This document shows, in pieces, positions 1 to 10,038 of a DNA stretch of 64,000 bases. Source of the stretch: Turneriella sp. (GTDB taxonomy: Bacteria > Spirochaetota > Leptospiria > Turneriellales > Turneriellaceae); assembly GCA_965279515.1 (NCBI GenBank), contig CBDIID010000003.1, forward strand, positions 288,001-352,000, read 5' to 3'. The position numbers and the translations under genes were made by a program. Below the pieces are notes generated by a model. It was not told the origin of the DNA, did not search any database, and worked only from the letters and a program-made list of their open reading frames with translations. Numbering within the stretch: position 1 is the first letter of the stretch; each line of letters starts with the position of its first letter.

Positions 1-213
1 AAAACCGAGGTGGAAATTATCGGCATGACGCCCGCGCAGTTCATCGTCCAGATCAATAACTCCTTCACCCGGCACCAGGAGCACCGTCGCCTAGATGCCT
101 TTTTGCCGATGGACGACAAGGGACTGAAATACGTACTAGACTTCCTCGAGGAATCCATTACCTCGGTGGCCAAAGAAGTGCAGAAAAAAGCGGCGAAGAG
201 TCTCATCCGCTGA
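1..213 (+). CDS. hypothetical protein (probably 5'-truncated by window edge)
   Basis: Frame is open from base 1 to TGA 211-213; host-like codon usage; no recognisable motif. Confidence 0.55.
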   Translation, partial: KTEVEIIGMTPAQFIVQINNSFTRHQEHRRLDAFLPMDDKGLKYVLDFLEESITSVAKEVQKKAAKSLIR

Positions 214-227
214 ATTTAAGGAGTCCT

Positions 228-599
228 ATGAAATTGATCCGTTTAATTTTTTTCGCCCTGGCGGCGGTATTCGCTGCGTGCAGCAATTTACCCCCCGACG
301 ATGCGACATCTTTTAAGGCATATCCGAATCCTTATAACCCGGCAGCGGGCAATCTGACTCTGGAGAAAACCAGCGGTGCGTTCACTGGAACCGACCACCA
401 TGATCTCGTGGTGTTGGATTACAACCTGACAGAAGTTTATCGCACGACGGCGACCGTTACAGCCGGTAAGATTTCATGGCCCGGCATAGACAATGCGGGC
501 ACAAAGGTCGCCCCGGGCGTGTATTATGTCAAAGTGATTTCGAACACGACGACGGGCGTTGAAGGTGCCGACTCCATGTTCAAGTTGATTGTGCAATAA
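228..599 (+). CDS. lipoprotein with FlgD-Ig / T9SS C-terminal-domain-like fold
   Basis: AAGGAG RBS; lipobox FAAC; motifs AYPNPYNP, WPGIDNAG, PGVYYVKV and terminal KLIVQ. Confidence 0.7.
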   Translation: MKLIRLIFFALAAVFAACSNLPPDDATSFKAYPNPYNPAAGNLTLEKTSGAFTGTDHHDLVVLDYNLTEVYRTTATVTAGKISWPGIDNAGTKVAPGVYYVKVISNTTTGVEGADSMFKLIVQ

Positions 600-1657
600 T
601 GAGGCTCCATATGAAATCAGTATTAATTATCGTTCTTTCACTGCTTCTTGCTCTGCCTGCATTTGCTGTAACATCTTCCGCCGAGTTTTTGCAAAATGGT
701 TTCGGCGCCAAGAGCGCGGGTTTGGGCAATGCGTATGGCGTCGTGGTTTCTGACCCATCGGCGGTCTACTGGAACCCGGCGGGCCTCGCGCAGATTTATA
801 CCGAAAAGCGCATCACGCAGACGGTAGAGGCCCCGAAAGGTTCAGAGAAACCCGCGGGTGACGATGAGGAGTTCAACAAGCTGCTCGACGACCAAAACGC
901 CTCGGGCAGCAAAGAATCCAAGATGGTTGAGATTACCGAGCGTGGCATGCAGACCCAGCTCAACGCTTCGGCCAGTTATCTTTCAAATGGTCGCCTGATG
1001 TATTTCGGCGCGGCAGGCATGACTCTGGGCAATGGCGGTATCGGTGTGGGTTATGGCGGCAGCCGTGTCGGCAGCATCTCGGGTTATGACTCTACAGGCG
1101 CATCGACAGGTACACAATCAGCCCTGTCGCATGTGGCATACGTCGGTTATGGCTGGGGCACAGGGCCATTGCGGCTAGGCATCAGCGGTTTCGGTGTGCG
1201 TGAAGATTTGGGCGGTGGCGCTGTGAACGGTGGCGGCATCAATGTCGGCGCGCAACTGGTAGTACTCCCTCCGCTTTTGTCTGTCGCAGCCGATATCAAG
1301 AATCTTGCCGCGATACAGAACCGCACTGGTGGCGGCTTCAAAGACATGGGTAAGCTCGATACGATGTTCAGCTTTTCGATGCAGATTCAGGCACCGCCGC
1401 CGAACTCGAATTTCAAACTGATCATCGGTTTTACTGCCAACCTCGACCGGCCGTCGGGCGACGGCGTAAAACTCAACATGGGCATGGCCTACGGTTTCAA
1501 TAAATACATGTATGCGATGTTGGGGCTCAATGGTTCCAAGCCGGCAATTGGCCTCGGCGTGAACGTCGGCAAAACCTTCCACATGGCTGTTTCAGCCAAC
1601 CGCGATGTGTTAGGCCGCGAGTTCCAGTACTTTGGCGAGTTAAACTTCGCCTTTTGA
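599..1657 (+). CDS. PorV/PorQ (UPF0164)-like outer-membrane beta-barrel protein
   Basis: Signal peptide; FLQNGFGAKSAGLGNAY..DPSAVYWNPAGLA N-terminal motif of the FadL/PorV-like barrels; C-terminal Phe. Confidence 0.7.
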   Translation: MRLHMKSVLIIVLSLLLALPAFAVTSSAEFLQNGFGAKSAGLGNAYGVVVSDPSAVYWNPAGLAQIYTEKRITQTVEAPKGSEKPAGDDEEFNKLLDDQNASGSKESKMVEITERGMQTQLNASASYLSNGRLMYFGAAGMTLGNGGIGVGYGGSRVGSISGYDSTGASTGTQSALSHVAYVGYGWGTGPLRLGISGFGVREDLGGGAVNGGGINVGAQLVVLPPLLSVAADIKNLAAIQNRTGGGFKDMGKLDTMFSFSMQIQAPPPNSNFKLIIGFTANLDRPSGDGVKLNMGMAYGFNKYMYAMLGLNGSKPAIGLGVNVGKTFHMAVSANRDVLGREFQYFGELNFAF

Positions 1658-2470
1658 TTGTTTAAGATTCCCGATCTCTGGGGAGTGATCAATCTCACTC
1701 CCGATTCCTTTTTCAGCGGCTCACGTGCCAGCGTGTCTGAAGCGGTGGCGCGTGCGGCAGCGATGCTCGAAGAGGGCGCACAGGTCATTGACGTGGGTGC
1801 CGAAAGCACCAGGCCCGGCGCAGAAACGGTTTCGGCCGAAACCCAGATCGCAGCGCTGAAACCCTTTCTGCAAAGCTGTATATCCGCCCTGGGGCCTGAA
1901 ATCACCGGCAGGATTTCTATCGATACGCGGGATCTCGCCGTGATGCAGCTTTGTATCGATAGCGGTGTTGGTTTTATCAATGATGTCAGCGGTGGCAATC
2001 CCGAAGTTTTTGAGCTGGTGGCGGCGACAGGTGTAGGTTATGTTCTTATGCATACAAAGGGTGTGCCCGCAAATATGCAGGCCGCGCCCACATACCAGGA
2101 TGTCGTCGCTGAGGTGGAGGGCTTTCTTTTGGAGCGCACGGAGCAGCTCATGGCAGCAGGCGTCAGAGCCGGCCAGATCATCTGGGACACTGGCATCGGT
2201 TTCGGAAAGACCGTGGCGCACAACCTGCAATTGATTGCGGCTCACCCGCGCTTCAGGGCGCATGGCCACCGCATTTTGGCAGGGGTATCACGAAAGTCCT
2301 TTATCGGTAAAATATTGCAGCAGGATCGCCCCGAAGACCGGCTTATCGGCACGCTCGCGGCGCAGGCGTATTTAACTTTACGTGGTTGCGACATTTTGCG
2401 CGTTCACGACGTGAAAGAAATGGCCGAATCTCTGAAGGTCATCAGCGCGATTACAGAACATGAACTTTAG
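1658..2470 (+). CDS. folP: dihydropteroate synthase
   Basis: GVINLTPDSF, DVGAESTRPG, DTGIGFGK, SRKSFIG, LRVHDV motifs. Confidence 0.95.
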   Translation: MFKIPDLWGVINLTPDSFFSGSRASVSEAVARAAAMLEEGAQVIDVGAESTRPGAETVSAETQIAALKPFLQSCISALGPEITGRISIDTRDLAVMQLCIDSGVGFINDVSGGNPEVFELVAATGVGYVLMHTKGVPANMQAAPTYQDVVAEVEGFLLERTEQLMAAGVRAGQIIWDTGIGFGKTVAHNLQLIAAHPRFRAHGHRILAGVSRKSFIGKILQQDRPEDRLIGTLAAQAYLTLRGCDILRVHDVKEMAESLKVISAITEHEL

Positions 2471-3221
2471 CCCGCGTGATATTTTAGATATTGTTCTCGT
2501 GACGCTGGTCGTCTATTACGGCTACCGCCTCGTGCGGCAATCGCGCGCCGTACCCATTTTAGGCGGCGTAGCACTGTTTGTTGCGCTGACATTTCTCAGC
2601 CACCGCGGCCAGCTCGAAACGCTGAGCTGGCTGTTCGATTCGATCTCCGCGTACTTTGTCATTGCGATCCTGGTTGTTTTGCAGCCCGAACTGCGCCGCC
2701 TGTTTTACCAGATCGGGCAGGCGCGCTGGTACCGCACACTGATTCAGGTACAGCAGGTGCCGGTGGATGAAATCGCCACTGCAGTCAAACAGATGAGCGA
2801 TGCAAAATGCGGCGCCATCATGGCGATCGTCAATAAGGTCGGCCTCAAACAATACAGCGAATCAGGCGTACAGATTTCAGGCCGCATCTCGCGTGAATTT
2901 CTCGTTTCGATATTTTTCGGTAAGAACCCGCTGCACGACGGCGCCGTCGTGATCGAAGGACAGAATATCGTCGCGGCGGCATGTTATTTGCCCATGAGTA
3001 CATCCGCAGAAGTGAAACGCTCGTACGGTGCGCGACACCGCGCTGCGCTCGGTATTTCAGAAGATTCCGATGCCTTCGTGATTGTGGTTTCAGAAACCAA
3101 TGGTAAGGTTTCGCTCTCGTTTCTCGGCGAAATGAAAGAAAATATCGACCAGGCGCGCCTCCGGAAATTTCTCATTGCCTTTAACCAGAACAATCTCGTC
3201 GAAGAGTGGAGAGCTGCATGA
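2460..3221 (+). CDS. cdaA: diadenylate cyclase CdaA (DacA)
   Basis: Three N-terminal TM helices, QPELRR, PLHDGA and GARHRAALG DAC motifs. Confidence 0.93.
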   Translation: MNFSPRDILDIVLVTLVVYYGYRLVRQSRAVPILGGVALFVALTFLSHRGQLETLSWLFDSISAYFVIAILVVLQPELRRLFYQIGQARWYRTLIQVQQVPVDEIATAVKQMSDAKCGAIMAIVNKVGLKQYSESGVQISGRISREFLVSIFFGKNPLHDGAVVIEGQNIVAAACYLPMSTSAEVKRSYGARHRAALGISEDSDAFVIVVSETNGKVSLSFLGEMKENIDQARLRKFLIAFNQNNLVEEWRAA

Positions 3222-4243
3222 TTCTCCGTATCATCCGTTATATTTTTATCGACGACTATCTCGCGAAACTGATTTGCCTCGCGATCGGCACGGGGCTCTG
3301 GTTCTATGTCGAATTTGCCCGCGTTTCGCAGACCACGCTCAACATCGGCGTCGAATATATCAAGAAGCCGGCGAACCTGTTTTTCAAACAAGGCCAGCCG
3401 CGGTTTGTAAAAATCATGGTGCGCGGCCGGGATGAATTTTTGAAGTTTTCCACGACAGGCATTAAGGCCGAAGTCAATCTTGCGGCCGCGCAGAGCGGCG
3501 AGGCAAAATACCCGCTGATTTTCGACGCCCGGCAGTTGCCCGAGCGTGTCGAGATCGCGCAAAAACCGGATGTGATTACCGTCGCGCTCGAAAAAGGCGC
3601 GGCGAAGCGTGTGCCGATCCGCGTTGTCACCAATGGCAATCCCGATGCCGCATGGAAGGTACAGAAGGGCACAGCGACGCCGCGTGAAGTGGAGATCGAT
3701 GGCCCCGAAGCGATGATTGCCAGCCTCACAAGTATCGATACAGAACCCGTCGACGTCGAAGGTGCGGCGCGTGGCTTTACCCGCAAGGCCAACCTGCGCA
3801 TTCCCGACCAGATTTCGACCGATAAGATAAAAAATGTCAACGTGCGGATCGACCTCGTGCCCAAGACATTCAGCGAAGAGCAGCAATTTGAGCAGATTCC
3901 TCTCAAGATCCAGAACCTCGACGCCGCTTTAGATGCCGCGCTTTCTGACGCGACGGTGCAGGTACTGGTGCAGGGTGAGGCCGGGGCCGTTAAAAAACTG
4001 AAAAACTCAGAGATCTATGTCTATGTCAACGCCGAAGACACGCGCTATAATTCGCGCACCGGCAATATCCTGCCTTATGCCAATGAATCCGGAGTTCCCG
4101 TGAAAGCGCGGTTGCTCTCGGGCAACAAGAAAGTGCAGATCATGTCCGTGACTCCCGACAAAGTGAATATCCGCTTTACCGTCAAACCAGACTATGTGAA
4201 AAAAAGTGCGCCTGCACCCGCACCGACACCTGAAGGAAACTGA
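3218..4243 (+). CDS. cdaR: CdaR/YbbR-family regulator of diadenylate cyclase
   Basis: N-terminal TM ending LWFYV, repeated YbbR-like segments (P..V.I.GP), ATGA-coupled to cdaA. Confidence 0.85.
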   Translation: MILRIIRYIFIDDYLAKLICLAIGTGLWFYVEFARVSQTTLNIGVEYIKKPANLFFKQGQPRFVKIMVRGRDEFLKFSTTGIKAEVNLAAAQSGEAKYPLIFDARQLPERVEIAQKPDVITVALEKGAAKRVPIRVVTNGNPDAAWKVQKGTATPREVEIDGPEAMIASLTSIDTEPVDVEGAARGFTRKANLRIPDQISTDKIKNVNVRIDLVPKTFSEEQQFEQIPLKIQNLDAALDAALSDATVQVLVQGEAGAVKKLKNSEIYVYVNAEDTRYNSRTGNILPYANESGVPVKARLLSGNKKVQIMSVTPDKVNIRFTVKPDYVKKSAPAPAPTPEGN

Positions 4244-4968
4244 TGCCAAATAAGCTGAATCTGGGAATTAATATCGACCATGTAGCGACACTCAGGAATG
4301 CGCGCGGTGAGAATGATCCGGCACTGATTGAACTGGCGCTTGTCGCGCAAAACGCCGGCGCTGACCTCATCACGATACACCTGCGTGAAGACCGCCGCCA
4401 TATCCGCGACGCCGATGTCTTTGACCTCAGGAAGAATCTCAAGATTCCCATCAATTTTGAAATGGCGCTTTCTGAAGAAATTCTGAAAATCGCTCTCGAA
4501 CTCAAACCCGCCACAGCCTGCATCGTGCCTGAACGCCGTGAAGAAATTACCACGGAGGGTGGTCTCGACGTCGCGCATAACAAGGCTGCCGTGGCATCGT
4601 TTGTAGAACGGCTACAGGCGGCCGCTATTGAGGTTTTTCTTTTTATCGAGCCCGACACGACGATGGTCAAGCTGGCGCAAGAAGTCAAAGCCCGCGGCAT
4701 CGAGTTTCACACCGGCGCGTATGCGCGCGCCTTCACCAACCTGCCGGCAAGGAAAGCTGAGATAACCCGGCTCATGAAAGCGGCGGCGCTGGCCGAAAGC
4801 CTGGGACTCGAAGTGCACGCAGGCCATGGCCTGAACTACTTCAATGTCGCTCCTGTCTGCGGGATTCCCCAGGTGCGCGAACTCAATATCGGCCACGCGA
4901 TCATCGCGCGCAGTCTTGTCACAGGACTTGCCGCCGCCATCCGCGACATGAGAACGGCGATGTCCTGA
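4243..4968 (+). CDS. pdxJ: pyridoxine 5'-phosphate synthase
   Basis: LGINIDHVATLRNAR, HLREDRRHI, TTEGGLD, HAGHGL, ELNIGHAII. Confidence 0.96.
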   Translation: MPNKLNLGINIDHVATLRNARGENDPALIELALVAQNAGADLITIHLREDRRHIRDADVFDLRKNLKIPINFEMALSEEILKIALELKPATACIVPERREEITTEGGLDVAHNKAAVASFVERLQAAAIEVFLFIEPDTTMVKLAQEVKARGIEFHTGAYARAFTNLPARKAEITRLMKAAALAESLGLEVHAGHGLNYFNVAPVCGIPQVRELNIGHAIIARSLVTGLAAAIRDMRTAMS

Positions 4969-4969
4969 C

Positions 4970-6796
4970 ATGGGTTATTCCACTCTTGCCGAAGCAGTCC
5001 TCGATCTCCAAAAAGCCGGCAAGCTCGTCTGTATCACCGAAGAAATCAGCAGCAATCTCGAAATGGCTGCGGTGCACCGCCGCGTGCACGCGCAGGGCGG
5101 GCCTGCGCTGCTCTTTGAGAATGTCAAAGGCGCAGCATTTCCCGCGGTTTCAAATCTCTTCGGCACGGCTGACCGTACGCAGTATTTATTCCGCGATGTA
5201 CTGGCGCAAATCAAAGATGTATTCAGGCTCAAAATTAATCCGGCGCTGGCACTGAAGCCGCGCATTGCCCTGAACGCCGTAAGAGTAGGGGTGCACGCCC
5301 TGCCGCGGAAGACATTCCTCACCCCCCGATTTACACCAGCTGACCTCGAGGAAATTCCCGTGGTAAAATCATGGGCAAAGGACGGCGGCAATTTTATTAC
5401 GCTGCCGCTGGTCTATACCGAACACCCCGATCATCCAGGCATCATGCGCTCAAACCTCGGCATGTACCGCGTGCAGACCGACGGCAATGAGTATCAGCCG
5501 GGCAAGACCATGGGCATGCACTACCAGCTGCACCGCGGCATCGGTATTCACCACACAGCGGCAATGCAGCGCGGTGAGCCGCTCAAGGTCAGCGTGCTTG
5601 TCGGTGGTCCACCGGCGCTGATGCTGGCGGCCGTGATGCCGCTGCCTGAGAACATCAGTGAACTGCTCTTTGCTTCGATGCTCAACAAAAAATCCTTCCG
5701 TTACAAAAATAATTTTGGTTTCCTGTATTCGCCTCAGGTGGATTTCCTCGTTCACGGCGAGGTGCACGGGAATGAAACCTTGCCCGAGGGACCGTTCGGC
5801 GACCATCTCGGTTATTACAGCCTGACACATAATTTTCCCGTGCTGCGCGTGAAACGTATTCTGGCGCGGCGGCGGCGCGCAATCTGGCCCTTTACTGTCG
5901 TCGGCCGGCCGCCGCAGGAAGATTCCGAGTTCGGCCGGTTGATCCATGACCTGACGGATGACCTCGTGCCGAAGGAGATCCCCGGTGTTCTGGCCGTGAA
6001 TGCCGTCGATGCTGCCGGCGTGCACCCGCTGCTCCTGGCATTGGGTTCAGAGCGTTATTTGCCCTATGCGGAAAAGAAGCCGCGTGAAATTCTCACCCAG
6101 GCCAATGCGATTCTGGGGTTTAACCAGATGTCGCTGGCAAAATATCTTTTTATTACGGCAGAAGAAAAGCGTAAGGATCTCTCGGTGCACCGCGTGCCCG
6201 AATTTTTGCGCTACATTCTCGAGCGCGTCGATTTCACCCGCGACCTGCATTTCCAGACGCGCACGACGATGGATACGCTCGATTATTCGGGCACGGGCAT
6301 CAACGAGGGGTCAAAACTCGTCGTCGCAGCTTACGGCGAGAAGCGCCGTGACCTGGCGGCCGAACTTCCTGGGAAGGGGATATCCCGCTATAATTTCCGC
6401 GACGCGCGCATGGCGATGCCCGGCGTGCTGGTCGTGCGCACCAGTGCGTTCAGGGATTACAAAAGCGCCGAGTTTGAAATGCGTTCGGTGGCTTCGGCAG
6501 CGCGGCCGCTCGCCGATATGGGCATTGCGCTGATTGTCGTCGCTGACGACGCCGAATTCGCGGCTAAAAATACGGATAACTTTCTTTGGGTGACTTTCAC
6601 ACGTTCTGATCCCGCGCGCGACATCTATGGTGTGGAGAGTTTCACGGAACACAAACACTGGGGTTGCAAGGGCAGTCTCATCATCGATGCGAGAACCAAA
6701 CACCACCATGCGGGAGTTCTCACCGAAGACCCGCAGGTCTCGGAACGTATCAACCGCTTTTTCCGCCGCGGTGCATCGCTCGAAAAGTTATCCTGA
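4970..6796 (+). CDS. UbiD-family (prFMN-dependent) decarboxylase
   Basis: GPALLFENVKG, NLGMYR, EGPFGDHLGYY, VVGRPPQED, DTLDYS motifs. Confidence 0.9.
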   Translation: MGYSTLAEAVLDLQKAGKLVCITEEISSNLEMAAVHRRVHAQGGPALLFENVKGAAFPAVSNLFGTADRTQYLFRDVLAQIKDVFRLKINPALALKPRIALNAVRVGVHALPRKTFLTPRFTPADLEEIPVVKSWAKDGGNFITLPLVYTEHPDHPGIMRSNLGMYRVQTDGNEYQPGKTMGMHYQLHRGIGIHHTAAMQRGEPLKVSVLVGGPPALMLAAVMPLPENISELLFASMLNKKSFRYKNNFGFLYSPQVDFLVHGEVHGNETLPEGPFGDHLGYYSLTHNFPVLRVKRILARRRRAIWPFTVVGRPPQEDSEFGRLIHDLTDDLVPKEIPGVLAVNAVDAAGVHPLLLALGSERYLPYAEKKPREILTQANAILGFNQMSLAKYLFITAEEKRKDLSVHRVPEFLRYILERVDFTRDLHFQTRTTMDTLDYSGTGINEGSKLVVAAYGEKRRDLAAELPGKGISRYNFRDARMAMPGVLVVRTSAFRDYKSAEFEMRSVASAARPLADMGIALIVVADDAEFAAKNTDNFLWVTFTRSDPARDIYGVESFTEHKHWGCKGSLIIDARTKHHHAGVLTEDPQVSERINRFFRRGASLEKLS

Positions 6797-6856
6797 TGCG
6801 ACATAACACTGGCCGGAATCTTCAATTTCAGCTCTGTCAAAACCCGATACTCGTAT

Positions 6857-7018
6857 GTGGCGCAGATAGAGGAAAAGAAACAGACCGATACAAAACTCCT
6901 TGATCTGGAGAAGTACCGTCTCAAGCTGAAGCTCAAAGATGCGGGTGTCGAGTGGCATGAAGACCAGCAGGGCAAATTCAAAATCTGGGTACGCCTTGCC
7001 ACAGCCACTGCCCGCTGA
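6857..7018 (+). CDS. small hypothetical protein (53 aa, below ORF-track cutoff)
   Basis: GTG-start ORF MAQIEEKKQTDTKLLDLEKYRLKLKLKDAGVEWHEDQQGKFKIWVRLATATAR fills the gap between ubiD and the NUDIX gene; host-like codons. Confidence 0.55.
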   Translation: MAQIEEKKQTDTKLLDLEKYRLKLKLKDAGVEWHEDQQGKFKIWVRLATATAR

Positions 7019-7030
7019 TTTCAGTCCTTG

Positions 7031-7471
7031 ATGTTCGGGTTTAAGCCGAAAAAACAACATAAAAATCCCGTCCCGACAGTCGATATTATCATCGAAGTCA
7101 AAGGCGGCATCGTGCTCATCGAACGCAAAAATCCGCCGTATGGCTGGGCTATCCCCGGCGGTTTTGTCGATTACGGCGAAAGTTTAGAAGACGCGGCACG
7201 GCGCGAGGCTGAAGAAGAGACGAGCCTCAAGGTAAAACTCAAAGAGCTGCTCTATGTCTATTCGAACCCCGCGCGCGATCCACGGCGCCATACGGTATCC
7301 GCGGTTTTTACCGCGACCGCAACGGGAACTCCCACCGCGGCCGACGATGCAAAGAATCTGAAAATCTTTAAACCCGGGGCTTTCCCGCGCGAGATGGCAT
7401 TTGACCATGCGCAGATTCTCGCAGACTATCTCAAATTCAAAAAGACGGGCAAAATACCGAAGCCGGGCTAA
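7031..7471 (+). CDS. NUDIX hydrolase (ADP-ribose pyrophosphatase-like)
   Basis: Nudix box [28 protein letters not shown] and AFDH motifs. Confidence 0.92.
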   Translation: MFGFKPKKQHKNPVPTVDIIIEVKGGIVLIERKNPPYGWAIPGGFVDYGESLEDAARREAEEETSLKVKLKELLYVYSNPARDPRRHTVSAVFTATATGTPTAADDAKNLKIFKPGAFPREMAFDHAQILADYLKFKKTGKIPKPG

Positions 7472-7473
7472 CC

Positions 7474-8073
7474 ATGATTTCAGGGAAAAACATTTTTCCG
7501 GACGGGAATCGCCTGTTCGCGGAATACCTGGGGAAATTCAATGACGTCAAAATCCTTCCCGAGACCACGGCCGAGATTGCTTTCATTGGGCGCTCCAATA
7601 GCGGTAAATCATCGCTGCTGAAAGCCATTCTAAACTCGCCTAAAATGCCGCAGGTGTCATCGAAGCCCGGTAGTACGCGCCTCATCCATCTCTACCAGAT
7701 GGCAGGCGGCGCCACGCTCGCGGATTTTCCCGGTTACGGTTATGCGAAGAGCTCGCAGGTTTTCCGTGCGCGTTTCACGGCGATGCTCGTACATTACCTG
7801 AATTCGAACCGCGCGATCAAGGCGCTCTGCCTGATGATGGATTCGCGCCGCCGGCCTGAAGAAGAGGAAGAACAGATCAGTCGTATAGCCCAGGAGCGCC
7901 GCGTGCCGCTGATTCTCTGCCTGAATAAAGCCGACCAACTCAACCAGTCCGAGACAGCAAAACTCATCGCCTCGTACAAAAACGAAAAACAGTTTTTTGA
8001 GATTGTTTTACTCTCTGCCCAAAAACGCCAGAATCTCGATTATCTGCGAAATTATATTGCGTCGCTGGCGTAG
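7474..8073 (+). CDS. engB: ribosome biogenesis GTPase YihA/EngB
   Basis: EIAFIGRSNSGKSSL, DFPGYGYA, NKAD. Confidence 0.9.
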   Translation: MISGKNIFPDGNRLFAEYLGKFNDVKILPETTAEIAFIGRSNSGKSSLLKAILNSPKMPQVSSKPGSTRLIHLYQMAGGATLADFPGYGYAKSSQVFRARFTAMLVHYLNSNRAIKALCLMMDSRRRPEEEEEQISRIAQERRVPLILCLNKADQLNQSETAKLIASYKNEKQFFEIVLLSAQKRQNLDYLRNYIASLA

Positions 8074-8083
8074 ACCAAAATAG

Positions 8084-8166
8084 ACCGCAGAGTACGCGGA
8101 GTGGCGCAAAGTTAAGATTTATTTTTTCTAACTTAGTCTCTGCGAAACTTCGCGTCCTTTGCGTTT
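8084..8166. repeat. REP/REPIN-like inverted-repeat element, copy 1
   Basis: ACCGCAGAGTACGCGGAGTGGCGCAAAGTT (8084-8113) with an imperfect inverted partner ending ~8166; 27/30 identical to 47423-47452. Confidence 0.7.
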
Positions 8167-8217
8167 AAGGTTCAGCTGCTCTTATTTACATCCTGTACGC
8201 AAATAAGATTCTCCCCT

Positions 8218-9123
8218 ATGAAGATTGAGACGGCGATTACCCGTATGCTGGGCATCGATCTGCCGATCATCGGCGCGCCGATGTTCCTGGTGTCTTATCC
8301 CGACCTGGTCTGTGCCGTCTCGAATGCCGGTGGCATTGGCAGCATGCCGGCTCTCAACTATCGCACCACCGACGAGCTCAAAGCAGGTCTCACAGAGATT
8401 CGCAGCCGCACGACGAAGCCGATCGGTATCAATCTCATACTCCATAAAGAGCATAACCCGAACTGGATGAAGCAGTTCGAGATCTGCCTCGAGTTCAAAG
8501 TAGAACTCCTCATCACTTCACTGGGCAGCCCACGCACTATTATTAAGGAGGCAAAATCTGTCGGGTCAAAAGTGTTCTGCGACATCACAACGCTGAAACA
8601 TGCTAACATCGTAGCCAAGTCGGGCGCCGACGCGCTCATTGCAGTGGCGCAAGGGGCAGGGGGCCATGCCGGGGCAATCAGCCCTTTCGCCCTGATTCCG
8701 TATCTGAAAACCGAGATCCCTGAAGTGCCTGTCGTGGCCGCCGGCGCCATTTCAACGGGCAAACAGATGGCAGCCGCCCTTGCCCTGGGCGCCGACGCCG
8801 TCTATGTCGGCACCCGGCTCATCGCCACCCCCGAGGCCCAGGCCTATGCGGAGTACAAACAGATGCTGATCGATTCAGCACCTGAAGAAATCATCTATTC
8901 GCCGAAGATCTCGGGAATTCCCGCGAACTGGCTGAAACGCTCGCTCGACAAACTCGATCCCGACTTCAAACCGGATACCGGGCTTTCGGTCGAAGCCAAG
9001 TCATGGAAAGAAGTCTGGTCTGCGGGCCACGGTGTTGCGCAGATTACGAGCGTTGAACCTGCTGAAGAAGTGATCCGTTCTATGGCGATCCAGTATTTAG
9101 ATACGAAGAAGAATTTACCCTAA
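8218..9123 (+). CDS. nitronate monooxygenase / FabK-like flavin oxidoreductase
   Basis: PIIGAPMFLVS, AVSNAGGIG, GAGGHAG, VVAAGAI, GADAVYVGTRLIAT, WSAGHG. Confidence 0.88.
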   Translation: MKIETAITRMLGIDLPIIGAPMFLVSYPDLVCAVSNAGGIGSMPALNYRTTDELKAGLTEIRSRTTKPIGINLILHKEHNPNWMKQFEICLEFKVELLITSLGSPRTIIKEAKSVGSKVFCDITTLKHANIVAKSGADALIAVAQGAGGHAGAISPFALIPYLKTEIPEVPVVAAGAISTGKQMAAALALGADAVYVGTRLIATPEAQAYAEYKQMLIDSAPEEIIYSPKISGIPANWLKRSLDKLDPDFKPDTGLSVEAKSWKEVWSAGHGVAQITSVEPAEEVIRSMAIQYLDTKKNLP

Positions 9124-9968
9124 TGCCACTCGACCAGGAATTCGAAGATAAATCGGCCAAGGCTGCGAATGCCGGCATAAAACAGCTGCGCGAGGACCAG
9201 GGCTATATGCCCATGAGTGCCCACCTCGGCGAACTCAGAAAGCGCCTGATGCGTGCGGCGTTATGGATAGTGGCGTTTTCAACGGCAAGTTACTTCTTTT
9301 ATAATTTGGTTTGGACCTTCATCATGGGGCCAGTCGCTGAACTCATCCGCAAATCAAGGCTGCCCGATATGCCCTCGGTCAAAATCATGACCACGCGCCT
9401 CGGCGACAACTTTGCCATTGAGTTCAAGATACTGCTGCTGGCAGGGTTCATCCTCGCATTTCCATTTATCATCTTCGAGATCTGGCGTTTTATCACGCCG
9501 GCGCTGTCAGCAGGCATCCGCCGCTGGGGCAGTATTATTCTTTTGTCGTCGGTAGCCTTGTTCTGGTGCGGGGTGCTTTTCGCGCGGCTCGTGACCTGGG
9601 GTACCGTGGCGGATTTCCTCGTGTTCCAATGGCTACCGCCGCCGATTGTACTGTCGGCCACCGAGAGCGTCAGGCCCGAGATTAACCTGACGATTGCGGA
9701 TTACCTTTCTTTCTTTACGGGTTTTCACCTCGCGTTCGGCCTGAGCTTTCAGCTGCCGATCGTTTCGGTACTGTTGGGGTCGATTGGTGTGATCTCGAGC
9801 GGCCTGTTTTTGCGATTCTGGCGCCATGCCATTGTTGCGCTCTGCCTGTTTTCTATCGTTGTGATGCCGCCCGATGTCTTTGCCATGCTTACGCTGATGG
9901 TGCCGATGATGGGGTTATATTTTCTCTCAGCGTTTCTGGTCTGGCTCATTGAGCGGCGTAAAGAATAG
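9123..9968 (+). CDS. tatC: twin-arginine translocase subunit TatC
   Basis: MPMSAHLGELRKRL, EIWRFITPAL, FGLSFQLP, PPD; six TM segments. Confidence 0.93.
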   Translation: MPLDQEFEDKSAKAANAGIKQLREDQGYMPMSAHLGELRKRLMRAALWIVAFSTASYFFYNLVWTFIMGPVAELIRKSRLPDMPSVKIMTTRLGDNFAIEFKILLLAGFILAFPFIIFEIWRFITPALSAGIRRWGSIILLSSVALFWCGVLFARLVTWGTVADFLVFQWLPPPIVLSATESVRPEINLTIADYLSFFTGFHLAFGLSFQLPIVSVLLGSIGVISSGLFLRFWRHAIVALCLFSIVVMPPDVFAMLTLMVPMMGLYFLSAFLVWLIERRKE

Positions 9969-10006
9969 CCCGTGCTGTTCATTGGGCTTTCCGGGCATAT
10001 TTCATG

Positions 10007-10034
10007 ATGTGACATAAGATACCCTATATGTTGT
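10007..10034 (-). other. attL: dif-like site (degenerate XerC arm, GGTATC spacer, XerD-like arm)
   Basis: Minus strand reads ACAACATATAG-GGTATC-TTATGTCACAT; right arm matches 9/11 of E. coli XerD arm TTATGTTAAAT. Confidence 0.75.
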
Positions 10035-10038
10035 AGTT

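Noticed and set aside
2984..3886. Long antisense ORFs (also 53089-53757, 60117-60890 and others)
   Set aside because: Shadow frames of well-supported genes in GC-rich DNA; no motifs
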